A stretch of DNA of 64,000 nt from Cenococcum geophilum (Eukaryota): the NCBI GenBank assembly GCA_050273025.1, contig CP158636.1:4898001-4962000 (forward strand), read 5' to 3'. A program made the translations under genes and the position numbers. Under the pieces are notes generated by a model. It saw only the letters and a program-made list of their open reading frames with translations, was not told the origin of the DNA and ran no database searches. The number at the start of each line of letters is the position of its first letter. Position 1 is the stretch's first letter. Positions 25,701 to 38,192 of this stretch are shown here, piece after piece.

Positions 25701-25856
25701 GCAGAGGCTGGCCATGTGGATGCAGTCGAGTTATTGTTGGAGTACACACACGTAGAAGTCGGATTGAAAGACGACGAAGGGAAAACCGCCGCAGACCTAG
25801 CTTTGGAAAACAACTTTTACGATGTGTATTCCGTACTGCAGAGGGGACAGAGCTGA
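22701..25856 (+). CDS. Ankyrin-repeat protein, 1051 aa, with hydrophobic (putative transmembrane) block at aa ~90-220
   Basis: Many ANK motifs (GRTPLFKAA...LLLDAGADP; GKTPLHQAI...LLLQQGADPN; KTPLHYAAEAGH.DAVELLL; GKTAADLA). Intact long ORF. Confidence 0.93.
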   Translation: MPLHLEEELLQAIRENDTAAVEMLFRASADPNAGLFGDDTAISLAIKSGNEDILDLILQRHPICCMVEEYASKQPRRPTARSKYLQISKDFAVQLAVVLICVYALRSLAVVLPEGVWQTLFMYASHYLWFVYRCWHFNSQSVVRLMDCYRDPWYHFTTFFWISVSFRLYAWICYSILPSVSIPWVRPNYLRDLAFAFPIRAAVDLIATAIPKIATLVGLHRPQNHRWSGPLPQHFDPRRWRSPAEKAFESLYQSDSVTESVVLKLLQADMLASHPYRNSKIASRLFELAVDRCWPELTRYLLFNGVPVEEEILSASETLRWPSVIDAITYTSPSEPLHYLSKQYWHSKEVHPYMESRLYRSTPYSLFLNLAQSSTFQSLATSEDAGDREACKKMMAILLAAGANPLLTDSRQQDSLSLLAGTACSPDILQCMASLWNEVRARLESYSGTTDIRSLALHRALNAIHPNLEFIEIILNIGISSDWENDQGRTPLFKAAYMNGSTDAMKLLLDAGADPDNGGSRGYPPILRTLDDASFEKFAFFLENGANPNATDPHGKTVLESVMDDASSLTVLKYQATELLLDSGAIVFDTVTESAPAFLAAAQQLNSAGWSEAVLDLLLAEIPQENKQDQLNIALNMAINNNKRGPDHFTVFYLLRHGADPASVDSGIDSLLQFVCSIQSWDHEYREEMRELLNFPKLDVNAVFHNGKTPLHQAIEGGSRDFVLLLLQQGADPNAQDADGLTPLQLLCSKKPRNYNISMSSEEVESGGADEQYAGVRGQAAWGHISRTILRTIKCNLSDEEIFQALADHGADINGKDEFGQTTLMLGRENGNSVIAANILYRLGEDKAQEAIVTTCSGVKDEVSAMHLAAKNGDVTTLKVLLNPQNIFHSYSNTWRQKAAQDEELLREQKLTESEASAAVRKMKQQATHYGHTVAAVPSFLRHASIGFYQHDEITFTVGDAKRCMDERICLPNVSVSTWTLEKTSLMPQDAKSKTPLHYAAEAGHVDAVELLLEYTHVEVGLKDDEGKTAADLALENNFYDVYSVLQRGQS

Positions 25857-25962
25857 ATTCACGCCTCTTCGACACCGAATCATCCTTCGCCTGACACACC
25901 GGTCAGCCTTCAGCCACGAAGGTTGGGTTCTACATACCGGAGCCTGTTTACCACCAATTCAA

Positions 25963-26353
25963 GGGCGCGTTCGGTTGCAATCTGGAGGCCTCAGATTCAG
26001 TTCAGAATGGAGTTGATCTGGAGCTCCAATCTGATTCTGAGGCGACTGTTCGGTTGAATTCCAGTTCAACTTGACTTCAGCCACAAATTTTTAATGTTCC
26101 TCTGACCGCCCAAAAAACACGCTAAAAGTTACTAAAAAGTTGGCAACTTTACAGTATACGGCTTCTGCACTGAAGGTCTTGGCGTCAGTTCAATATGGAG
26201 GTCTGAGTTCCAGTTTCAATCTGAAGCCTCCAGATTGCACACGCCTGTGCTTTAACAAAGCCACAAACGCGTACCAAATTAGGAAGGAGCGCGTCCTTTT
26301 CTGCCGAACTTTCAGTTCAGATCTGATCTGAAGTTTTGCAACCGAACACAGCC
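25963..26353. mobile_element. MITE, PIF/Harbinger (Tourist)-like, 391 bp
   Basis: Imperfect TIRs GGGCGCGTTCGGTTGCAA / TTGCAACCGAACACAGCC; 3-bp direct repeat CAA at 25960-25962 and 26354-26356; no coding capacity. Confidence 0.7.
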
Positions 26354-26394
26354 CAAGATACATCGTGTAACCGACTACCGGACCTTTCATATTA

Positions 26395-28055
26395 CAGTAA
26401 AATCTCTTTAGTACGATACGGTTTGCTCGGCCGAGCGTATCGTAATACCAAGGGTATCGTTGTATTACATACTTGTATGTAAAATGCACCCAAAATCAAA
26501 ATTAGGTAATGATATTATGTATCTACGCGCGTGAAGTCGTAACTGAGCGATCGGCTATACTAAAATACATCGCGATCGATTGCTGCTTGGTGTTTTAAGG
26601 TCATCAGCCTTAAATTCGACGCTCGTGCCTTAATAGAGTCGTAATTACGTCTCTATCAGAATCGCTTTGCTGCTCCTTATAAAGACGAAGCTTTTATAAG
26701 GCCACAAGCGCCTTATTAAGCTTAATTTGAGGTTACTTAATAACCTCCTTATTTATTTCCGTATCGCGATTGGGCCCTACGTAGAGCTCTGCTATGTGCT
26801 TAATAAGATCCTCTAATAAATCCTCTACTTCCTTACCCGGTAGCTTAATAAAATTCTAAATATTTATTACGGCGCGAATTCTTCCTGCTATAAGCAGTTG
26901 TTCTACCATTTACTGCATTTTATTAACTATAGGAGGATTTAGATAATCTTAAGGGTAAGGCCGTAGGCCTATACAAGAGCTAAATAACGTAGATTTAATA
27001 AAGTAATTCTTAATTGTTTATAGTGTAACTTCCTTTTAAGCTTTAATTAACTATTAAATTACCTATAAGACGTGTATCTACTTAATTAAATCCTTATCTT
27101 AAAGTAAGAGCTCTACTATAAATTGCAGCTAGTATCGCCCGTAGAGCAGCTTAAAGTTTGCAATTATCCCTTAATTAAGAGGTTAATATAATAAGGTATA
27201 ATTAATAAAAAGGAACTCTATGCGCGTATTTTTAAGAGAGCTATTCTTAATAAGCGTTTAAACAGCTGCTTTATAGGCGCTAAAGCTATTAATTAAGAGC
27301 AGTATCTTCCTACTATATATCCTTTTATTAAACTAGGTAAGCCACTTAAGTATAATTACCGTTATTATCTAGGCCTTCTTATTATGCCTCTATATAATAT
27401 TTATGGAGGCAATATTAATCTAATTACTTATAAAGTAATATAGCTTTAGTAATAAGCTAATTATAAGGAAAGGAAGCTTATCTAAGCTATCTATATTAGA
27501 GTAATTACCTAAAAAGATTTATACTTTTTACTTTTTTATTCCTAGTAGAGCCTTAGTAGCTAATATAGTATCTAGTATAGCCTTTTAAAATAGCCCTGTC
27601 TTATCTATATTATAGATATCCTTTAGTAAATAAGGCGCGATAATTACTTAAAGCTCTACTATATAATCTTTTACTTCCTCCATATTAGCTAAGGCAGCTT
27701 TACCGTACTACTTTCTCTTATAAATACCGTTATAAGATTTAAAGCCTTCTAACTAGCTAAGCAACTACTTTAGCTTAATTATTATTGCTAGTATAGGTAT
27801 TTATTACTATAATTAAGTGGCGGCAGTATATATAAGGTCGCCAGTAATAGGAATACGAGAGTTTTATAAGCGCTAGTACCACTTAAAGAGAGCCTCCTCT
27901 AGAAGAGGATATTTAGTAGCTCTCTTTCGCTCTTATATACTTTACCTACGTTATAATTTAGCTTAATTAAGCTATTAGAATTTATTACTTAGTATTTCTA
28001 ATATTAAGGATTAATTAATATTATAATGGAGGAAGTTGCTTACCTAGTAAGTAAC
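26395..28055 (-). mobile_element. pogo/Tigger-like transposon (CENP-B HTH plus DDE_1 transposase 26560-28055), 5' end cut by Gypsy C
   Basis: TA|CAGTAAAATCTC terminus at 26393-26406. De-RIP DIYNMDETGLFW (~27585-27620), HNKKAW, ILLLIDGFSAH and C-terminal KQQSIAMYF*. Confidence 0.85.
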
Positions 28056-31000
28056 TATAAGGGGATCTTATAGACAGGGGGCTATAAGGACACAATTGTG
28101 GAATAGGATGGATTGGTAAGAGAGACGAATCCTTAAGGAGGTAAGGCCTCTGGGATTGTAGAGACTATATACTACGGGTATATACCTCCAGCACGTAACC
28201 GGTGACTATTTAAGGGGCGTCTAGGGGTTATCCTAAGGGTAACCTAAGGTGTCCGCAATAATATCCCTTACATTACCCCCCCCCTTCTTGCGGTCGGCCC
28301 CCGATCGCCATTACCTTGCGGTAGGGAGATTATAAGGGCTCGTCCCAGAAGAGGTTTAGAGAGATATTAGTATACCACTATATATTATCTATCTATCTAA
28401 CCCCTGCTTTAAACTCCTAAAAAACCTTAATAAGGAAAAAATATAACTAGAGAAAAGATATAAGGATTGCTAAAAGACCTATTAGAAGCCTATTAAAAGC
28501 ATGCTAATAACTACCTAGGCTAATATAGGGATTTTTATACAACTCTGCTTCTAAGCCTTTATGCCGGTCTATAATTAATTATAAGTATTATAGGCAATTT
28601 GGTATTCTAGTATAGTTCCGTAAAACCTTTTAGTATAGGATTTAACGTATAGAGCCTTAACTTGCCGTTATTTTTAACTGCTAAGATATGGTTTATAATT
28701 CTTTCTTATAATCCTTTACGTCACTAACGTATTGCTTCCGCATTTACCCTTAGGCTATTAAATGCGGTTAAGGTATTAATTAGTTAGTTAAAGAGACTTA
28801 TCTTTTAAGATTTAGTATATATGCTTTTTAATCTAGTGGTTCTGTGCTATATATTTGGCGTAGCTCTACTGCCTAGTAAATAGGGATATTTCGCAATAGT
28901 AATTGTAGCTATTATGCGATTGTCAAGAACGTCTATAACGTTATTCTTTAATACTATAGTATTGTTTTAGGTCTAATTAAACCTATATACGTCTTTAATT
29001 TAACGTCTTAATTACCTTCCCCTAGCCGCGTAGTTAGTTTTTATAAAGAAGTAATAGTTAAATAACTTATACGCGTGTTTCCTTTTTTTAAATAACGCTA
29101 TTATAACGGAGTTATATTGGTAAGGTTGCGGCTATTTACTAAAAGGGTATTAGATGGTGAAGTATAAAGATACTTTACTTATTAAGTTTAATCCTTTTCC
29201 TTAACACCTTACTTCCTATTATTAACCTTCGTCTAATTTAGACGTATCTTTAATATATTATTAAGATTTTTTTTAATTTTTTTTATTAATTTAATATGCC
29301 TCTTCGTTCTCCTGCTAACTACTCTTTTAAGTAAATTCTATAGCGTATCCTAGCCTTACCTTTACATATAGAACCTTAACCCCCACTAACCCGTAACTAG
29401 TGCTGGTCCTACCTAAATGATTTTACCTATATGTCTTTAAAAGACTAGAAATCTAATAATAGTATTCTAGAGGCTTATAATAAGACGCACTATATTAGAT
29501 CTAATACCTTTAGTCCTTATAATTAATGCATGCGTACTAAAAGCGGTAGTTATATTAAGGTAAGCTTTTCTATCCTTAATAGATTTCTATTACTAACTTT
29601 AATAGCCTAGGCCTAAGTGGCGACGTTTCTTTAATATCCTTAACTACTATATCGCCCAGGCTCTCTCCTATTTAAGCGCTAATACTAAATATCTGGGTTA
29701 AATTTAAGACTATACTATAGCTATTTACACCGCCTATAATTCCTAGTAGTGGCCGTCGAAATCGGACTCTGCACCTGTACGTGGTGACGGCTACGAACCT
29801 GGTCTTCGAAGTTCAGATCCAGAGCCAACGCAGAGACGTCGCACAGCGTGCGGACAGGACCTGGTGGTGGTTGTGGGCGTCGAGGGCGGTGGTGAAAATT
29901 TTTCGGATGGTGAGATCTTGAAAACCACTACTGTTGGCCCTCTACAATATAACGACTACTACACTGTTCTATCCAGGGCACCTGTACGATCCAACATGGA
30001 TAAGCGGTTTTCGATAACATCCCCAAAAAACCCCAATAGAAAGCATTGACGACCTCACATTAATAAATAGATAAGCGTAAACGAACAAATAAGCAAATAT
30101 ACGGCCCCTCCTAACCCCCAGGGCGATCGCCCGCGGAGCATGCGGTCACTTACCGTACTACCATAATACTACTAAAAGGCAGCTGGATAACCCCGTACGG
30201 TTTTCCTTGTCTCCTCTTAACGGAGTAGTGCCCTTAGAGAGGGCCTAGTGACTGGGGCCTAGGCATAAAAGATACCTAGATATACACACACACATCCCGC
30301 TTTCGTCTTTTAGTATTAGGATGGTAGAACGGATGAATCCCCCTTACGCCTTCGATAGGCCTTAGGGGGGGAGAGGCAAGGCGTATTGGTAATGGTTAAT
30401 AAGAGATAGCATATAGGGGGTGGTTAAGATACGGGACACAACTATAAGCGTACAGCAATCGATTAGCAAGGCCTAGCTAGGACGTAGTGAACCCTAGCTT
30501 TGGATAAGCTAGAGAAGGAAGCAGTGGTTCCTAAGGAGTTCAAAACATCTAAGGAGGAGGACGTAGCTATAGGCCTGCAGGGCCGCACTACGTGCAAATA
30601 TGGCAATTCGGGGTTTTTCATCCGACTAAGGTGGCTCATAGGGTTTTTCCTTCCCCTAACTGCAGGGTTTTCTTTATGTAAACTATAAGTTTTCCCCCTG
30701 TGACGGAGTAGTCTGCGTGGGCCTAGATAGGATCCGTATTAGACATTAATTAAAGAGTTACTACTAATTCCTAGTAAGCTAGCTAGTAACGCCTAATATA
30801 AGAGTAAGGTTAGTATACTAAGAATAGGGTAAGGAATGGGGGTAATAAGAAGAAGGTCGCTGTCTACTATAGGAAGGAGTTCGTATATACGCGTTAAGTT
30901 TTAAAAGAGCATAATATAATGCGGTATTAGGTAGGTTACCCTTTGGGTACCTAGCGGATAGATAACTAATAGTTGCTATAGTAAGGTCTTAGTGGTTCTA

Positions 31001-31904
31001 GATTATACCAGCTAGCTAATATCTCTATTTATTCTAGGCTTAAACGTATCTTTATTAACTATAAGCTTATACTATAAGAGCTTCGTTAGTATTAGTTTAG
31101 ACCTAATATTAGTGTTAAGCGTTTAAGAGTCTTTGCTCTAGCTACACCTTATCATCCTACCCCTGTTTTTATACCTACTTATACGCCTACTAAGGGTTCT
31201 AGATCTTATTCTTGTTAGCTATCCCTTAAAGAGCTAATAGATACTAATCCTACTTCTAAGGATAAGGTATAGTAGCTTTTTAGATTAGGTATTTGGGATT
31301 TATTCTTATATATAGTAGCAGTTAAAGACCTTAATTAGGTGCTTAGGAAGGCCTTAGAAGGCTTTTAAGAAGGACTTAGGAGCCCTAAAAATAATATTCT
31401 TGGTATAGATTAATAAATGGGAATGCAATTCTAGTAAAATGCCCTATTAACTCTATGCTATATATGTAAAAAGGCTAAAGACCCGTCTTGCCTTAGGCTA
31501 TCGCCCTAATCCTTATAGTTTTTGGAGCTTGTCCGTTCTATATCTAATTTAACCTATTTACTCTTTTCGCGAGCTTTCTTTATAGGTCGTAATAACACCG
31601 TAGTATTAGAGCGCTTTTTATAATTTATAGATTGTGGACCTTGGTCCTAATATTCTTTTAAAATATCTTTATAATAATTAAGGTAATCCTCTAGTTCCTA
31701 TATAGAGTTCTTAGCGGGCTAGCCTAGCTATTTAACTTTAAATTAAAGCTTATTTTTAACAGACTTATAGTATAGTATAGCTTTAACCTTATACCGCTCG
31801 CCTACTACCTTAAGGTATTTAATTGGGCCTAGATAGAAGTTCTTTTCTAGCGGTGGTCTATACTATAGCTCTAGTAGGTTTATGTAAAACACTAGATATA
31901 TATA

Positions 31905-34900
31905 TATATAATTATAGCACCTATTGTACCAACCGCGTGCTTACGCGTTCGGTACACCAACTACGCGTTTACGCGTTCGGTGCACTAACCACCCACTTAC
32001 GCGTCTAGTGCACTCCTAAAGCACTAACTAATTAGGGGGAGGTCGCATTAGTATATAGACTACGTAGTCTGCTTTAATACAATCGACAGTCACTACTATC
32101 CCAAAGAGCATACAATACTATATATATTTCGTGCCCCGGGATATAACTTAATTGTATTATTAAGTTAATATAAACACTAATTAGTAAGCGCGCACAGATT
32201 AGCAATTACTCAACACCTCCCCCTAAGCGATACTTAACAGTAACCACCCGTTTAGACTCCTAGTACAACCTACTAAAAGGTTAGAAGTCGGGGATTATAG
32301 ACTTATCTCCAACTCTATATACTTATTTAAGTCTTAGTATAGTTTACTAGAAGTTATAAATATAAATATAGACCTATACGGAACCCCCTACCCTCCTCTA
32401 ATACCCCTAACCTCTCTTAGACCCTTTATGGAGACCTTTTACCCTTCTATAAACTACTATAGACCTATTAATTACCTCTACGGACCGTTATAAGACCTTA
32501 TAGAAACCCCCTACCCTCCTATAAACTATTACAGACCCGTTAATCGATTTTACGGACCGTTATAAAACCTTATAGAAACCCCCTACCCTCCTATAAACTA
32601 TTACAGACCCGTTAATTGATTTTACGGACCGTTATAAGACCTCCCCCACCCGTTATAAGCTGCTACCACCCACTACGCACCACACTATACTATATAGTAT
32701 GGCAGACATTAGCAAGCAAGTCAGCGAAGGTTAAAAAAAGTAGAGATAAGGAGTCGACGTTACGTCTATAAACGACGTCAACAACTACATTAGTTTTAAA
32801 ATCCTTAAATATAAATACTTTAAGCTTATAAATAACGACCTATAGGAGTAATACTAGGAAGACTTTACGGACTTTACGGAAGCTATTTTTAAGGCCTATA
32901 ACCCTATTACTATCCGTAAACTATAAACCCTTTTACGTAACTAAGGTGTATAGGTTAAAAGAGACAAATAAGTTACTATTATATAGTCTTTATATAATAT
33001 AATATATAAGAAAAACTAAACAGAATAGACTAAAGAGGAAATCCTAGACTAGGTTAAAACTATTAAAGAACTCTTTACTTCTTCTAAACTTAATAGGATC
33101 GCCGGCCTTATACCTAACCCACTTAACTAAATTTATCCCACAAACCTAAGCGGCTTTAGAGCTAACCTTACTAGCTAAAATATACCCTACTCTTAAGTTA
33201 CGGACCACGCTATAGACTATAATACCCCTATAACCCAAAATACGGACTATAATACCCTTATAAACCAAAATACGGACTAAATTACCCCTATTATTTAAGT
33301 TATAAATCCGTAAGCTATATATCCGCAAACTATATATCTATAAGCCATATATCCATAAGCTATAAATCCGTAAGTTATAGATCCGCAACCTACCTAAGTA
33401 AAGACTTATAGTAAGGAGCTAGCTAACCTAGCTAAGCTTTACACTAACGAATCTAAGTATAGTAGTAAAAACGATAACTTTGACTTTAAACTAACTATTT
33501 TTATGGACCTTTGCCAGAAGGCTAACATTCCTAAATAAGAGTTTAGCCAAGCCTACTCTACTATACTGCGCGGCCTAGCACTCGACTACTACTACACTAA
33601 CCTTAAGAGCAACCCTCTTGGTGTTCCCTTTAATAAGCTATATAAAGTTACCCGTAACTACTTTAAAGAACCAGAATATAAGCGTAATATCCTTACCTAA
33701 TGGAATACAACTAAGCTACGAACCGTAATTAATAAGAACACTAAAAAATCGACTATAGAGTGCCTATAAATTCTTATTAAAAACCTCCGGCACCTATAGC
33801 ACGGCCTTAACGCTAAGCTTCAAATAGACGACTTCCTGTATAATAAACTTATTACGGCCTATTAGGAAGTAGAGCCCTACAAGTACGCCTACTATAAGCC
33901 TATAGATACCTTAGCTGGCCTTATTAATAATCTACGCTCCTCTATTATAACGTACAAAGTCTTAAACCCACTAGGCAGCACTTAAGCCTTTATTATAGAT
34001 ATTTAATATCCATAAATAGACTTAGACGTTTACTTTATGGACCGCCGCTACCACTAGCAGCACCCATACCGACCAAGTCCTACCTATAACCCCCGCAGTA
34101 ACCCCCGTATAAAAATATACCCCTATAGATAAACTAGCCAGAAGTGCTTTATATGCGGTAAGGAAGGATATTAGTTTATAAGGTATACCTAGGAAGAACG
34201 TAATAAGTCTAGAAAGAGACTTAATAGCCGTATTAACCAGTTTATTTTGGAATATAAAGAAGAGGAAGTAGAAGAGCCCCCTAATAAGTTAATAGAAGCC
34301 CTTATAATTGACTTTAACTTAAATACTTAGGAATAAAAGACCTTAGAGACATTCCTAACTACTTTTAGACCTTTTACAGACAGCTAAGCCTTTAATATTA
34401 CAACCGTATTAGCCGACCGTTCCTTCCTATACTTAGTTGCGCCCGAAAACTATTCCGTAAGTACCCCTATTACGGACATTATAGATTATAAGCAGGACCT
34501 ATTTATATATATTACCACAGAACGCTATACCCCCAAGGAATTCTACGGTGTTATAATCGACATAGGTGCCTCTAAGAAGTCTACTATAGGCTACGGATAA
34601 TACCTTATATATAGGACCACTATAAATAACAATACGGACATTAATATTACGTAAACTGGGGCCGTAAACGTCTAATTCGGCATCGGCTTAACCGCATTAA
34701 TTGGATTAGTTAAAGTTAAGACTCTAATTAGCCTAGTTAACTTCCATATAGTAAAAGCGGACACCCCTTTCCTACTTTACCTTGCGGACATAGATAGGCT
34801 ATAGGTCTACTATAACAATATTACGGACACCCTAATTAGCCCTATAACTGCCCTAGGAAGCAAGTATATTACCCTACTAATTACACAACGATTTAGACAC

Positions 34901-37900
34901 CCGTTCCTTATATAGGGAGAAACTTTATAGACCTATATTTAGGAATCTTTTAACTATAACCCGTGCTACCTTACCAGTACTAAAATCCACCGCCTATACC
35001 GCTGTTTCGGCTACCCGTTAGCCGAAAAGCTATATAGAGTCCTTAAACGCTCTGGACACGACGACGTTAATAGGAAGGTAATCAACCACCTAACTAAATA
35101 CTGCTCCTTTTGCTAGAAATACGGACGTTCCCTAGGCCGATTTAAGTTCACCCTTTATAAGGACCTTAACTTCAACCACTTAGTATACGTAGACATTATA
35201 TATATTAACAGCAGCCTAGTATTACACATAATTAATAAGGCAACCCGCTATTAAGCCGCCCGTTGGTTGTAAAATATATCCATAAAATACACTTAGGACA
35301 TTTTATAGACCTACTAGATTGACATATATATTAGACCCCCTAAGTATATTACCCACAACGCTAGTAGGAACTTTATCAGCAAAGAATTCCAATAGTACGC
35401 TATGGCCATAGCTATTTCAACAAAAGCCGTTCCAGTTAAGGCGCACTAGTCCGTTAGGCTTATTAAGTAAGCTTACCTAGCTCTACGGAGAGCTTATTAG
35501 ATTATTACGGACAAGTATAAGAACATCTAAAAGAAACTAGCTTTATAGATAGCTGTAAAAGCCGTTAATAACACCGCTGGCCCTAACGGACTAATACCCA
35601 CCCTCTTAGTTTACGGAACTTACCCAAGGATAAGCAACTTAGGCCCTCCTACCCCGTCTATTACGGAACAAGCAGCTATAATATAGAAGGCAATAGCCGA
35701 AATAGTTAAATTACGGGCCAAACAAGCTGTTAATAGCGCCCTATATTACCGCAACGGACCTAACACAACCTTAGTTTATGACCTCCCGCTTAATTCTAAA
35801 GTCCTCGTATAGCGTAAGAGCGGCAACTAGACCGGACCTTATCGTTTACTAGCTGTAGAAGACGAGATATGCTGTGTATAACTCCCTAGCGGCCCGACTA
35901 GCTTTAGGAGCACATCCGTAAAACCCTACTTTTAATCCAAAAACACCTATAACGTTAAACCAGACGAACTAGAAGTACCCCCACCTACCTTAGAAGTCCC
36001 CTAGGAACTTACTAAACCCGCTAAACCTACTATAAAGCGTGGCCGAGGACGCCCCTAAAAGCATCCCATAACTAAGAACCCTGTAATAAAGAATTACCTA
36101 ACCTTTACAGGCATATCCGCAAGACAATCTCCGCCTGCGGATATATTAGTTCTAGTATAGGAAACCCCTTTTACGGACTTACGGCGTAAAGAGATTAACG
36201 GACTACTTAAAAAGGGCGTCTTTACGGTTATAATAGAAAAAGATATTCCGCAAGGCGTCCGTATATTCAAATTACGCTTTATTAACAAGATTAAGCACCT
36301 TAGTACTAATAAAGCTTTTAAGAAATTAAGGCTTATTATACAAGCTTATAACGACCAAGGAAAGGACCTAGTCCTTACGCAATCGCCTACAATTTAACAA
36401 GTCAGTCAACGGATTATACTTGCACTTATGCCTAGACTACAGCAAACCAAACCCGTAGCCCTCTACTTACGGGATATCTCATAAGCCTACGTATAGTTAA
36501 ATACCTACCTAAGTAGGGACATCTTTATATAACTACCCCGTGAGCTTAACCTATAACTAAAAACAATTTTATGGGTTATAAAACCTCTTTATGGGGTACT
36601 AGAAGCTGAAAACCATTAGTTTAAAATATACCACTAGCACTACGTTAGTAAACTTAAAATGGAACAGTCAACCTATAACCCCTGCCTCCTATACAGCCCA
36701 CCAAACGGCCTTAGTATTGTTGGACTCTAAATAAACGATACTCTATTCCTAGCAGACTAGACCTTTACGGATACTAAAGAAACTAAACTATAAAAAGCCA
36801 AGTTCTTAGCAAAGCTATAAAAGTAGTTAACTAAGCAGAATCCGATTAAGTTTAATGGAGGCCTAATTACATAAAAGGGCAACCTAATTAAGCTAACTTA
36901 GGAACGCCAAGCTTAAAACCTAAAGCCCGTTATAGTAAAGCCTATAGACCTTACTAGCTCCTGCGGAGAGACCCGCAAGACCGTAAATATAAAGGACTAA
37001 TACGTTGCACAGCGTGCAAGAGGCGCCTATATTGCCACAGTCTGTCAACCTAAATCTACCTACGATTTATCCTTTGCGGCCCAGGTAGTAGATCCGCAAG
37101 AAGAAAATATTAAGCAGCTTAATAAGCGCATTTAGTGGCAAATTAACAATATAGAAAGGGGACTTACTTTTGTACCACTAGACCTAAGTTCCCTTAGCTT
37201 ACTAGTATTTACGGACGCCTCTTTTGCCAATAATAGGGACCTATTATTACAAATCGGCTTCGTAATTATACTTACGGACCGTAATTAAGACGTAAATATA
37301 CTGCATTAGTCTTTAATTAAGTGTAAATAAGTAACCCGCAGTGTACTAGCTTCTAAACTATATGCACTAGCTTATAGCTTTAATATAGCAACCGCAATCA
37401 AATTAATAGTCTAGAAGATTCTATAACTAGAGCAGTTACCCCTGGTTTTATACACTAATTTAAAGTCCCTTTACAACTACCTAGTTAAACTAGGTATAAC
37501 ATAAGAAAAGAGGCTTATAGTCGACCTAATATGCTTATATTAGGCCTATAAACAACGTGAGATTACGGAGGTCAAATAGATTAGCAGTGGAGATAACCTA
37601 GCAGACGCTATGACTAAGGCAAAGCCGTATTAAGCTCTAAAAACCCTAATTAACATAAATAAGCTTAATCTAAAGGTTATAAAATGGGTGGAACGTGACT
37701 AATAGAGCACTTATAGTTTATTTACGGCCCGTTAAAAGGCCGCATAGTTTACTTTACGGACCGTAAGCAGGACTTACGGCTAGCTCAAAGCACCGTTAGG
37801 AAGGCAGCCTAGAAGGCACCTTAGGAGGGATTTCCTATATATCTCTTTTATATTTTACGGTTCTATTAAAACAATTACGGAGGCTGTATATAGGTAGTTT

Positions 37901-38192
37901 CATTTTTCAAGTACCGCTAGTATATAATTATAGCACCTGTTGTACCAACCGCGTGCTTACGCGTTCGGTACACCAACTACGCATTTACGCGTTCAGTGTA
38001 CTAACCACCCGCTTACGCGTCTGGTGCACTCCTAAAGCACTAACTAATTAGGGGGAGGTCGCATTAGTATATAGACTACGTAGTCTGCTTTAATACAATC
38101 GACAGTTACCACCATCCTAAAGAGCATACGATACTATACGTATTTTGTGCCCCGGGATATAACTCAATTATATTATTAAGTTAATACAAACA
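31905..38192 (+). mobile_element. Full-length Ty1/Copia element D (6288 bp), RIP-degraded
   Basis: 272-bp LTRs 31905-32176 and 37921-38192; TSD ATATA (31900-31904, 38193-38197). Domain order: gag knuckle (KCFICGKEG ~34141), protease (IDTGAS ~34556), integrase, RT, RNase H (SQIGFVI; DNPADAMTK ~37590-37620). Confidence 0.93.
32380..32650 (+). repeat. ~72-bp tandem repeat in the 5' leader of Copia D
   Basis: AAACCCCCTACCCTCCTATAAACTATTACAGACCCGTTAAT...GGACCGTTATAA recurs at ~32505 and ~32576, with degenerate copies upstream. Confidence 0.75.

Noticed and set aside
22673..25899. Minus-strand and alternate-frame ORFs within the ankyrin gene
   Set aside because: Shadow ORFs of the 1051-aa CDS.
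18746..26610. ATCAGCCTT at both island edges (18745 and ~26603) as a possible TSD or Helitron end
   Set aside because: The right copy lies inside the pogo transposase frame and the left is the inversion breakpoint, so this is probably a chance match.
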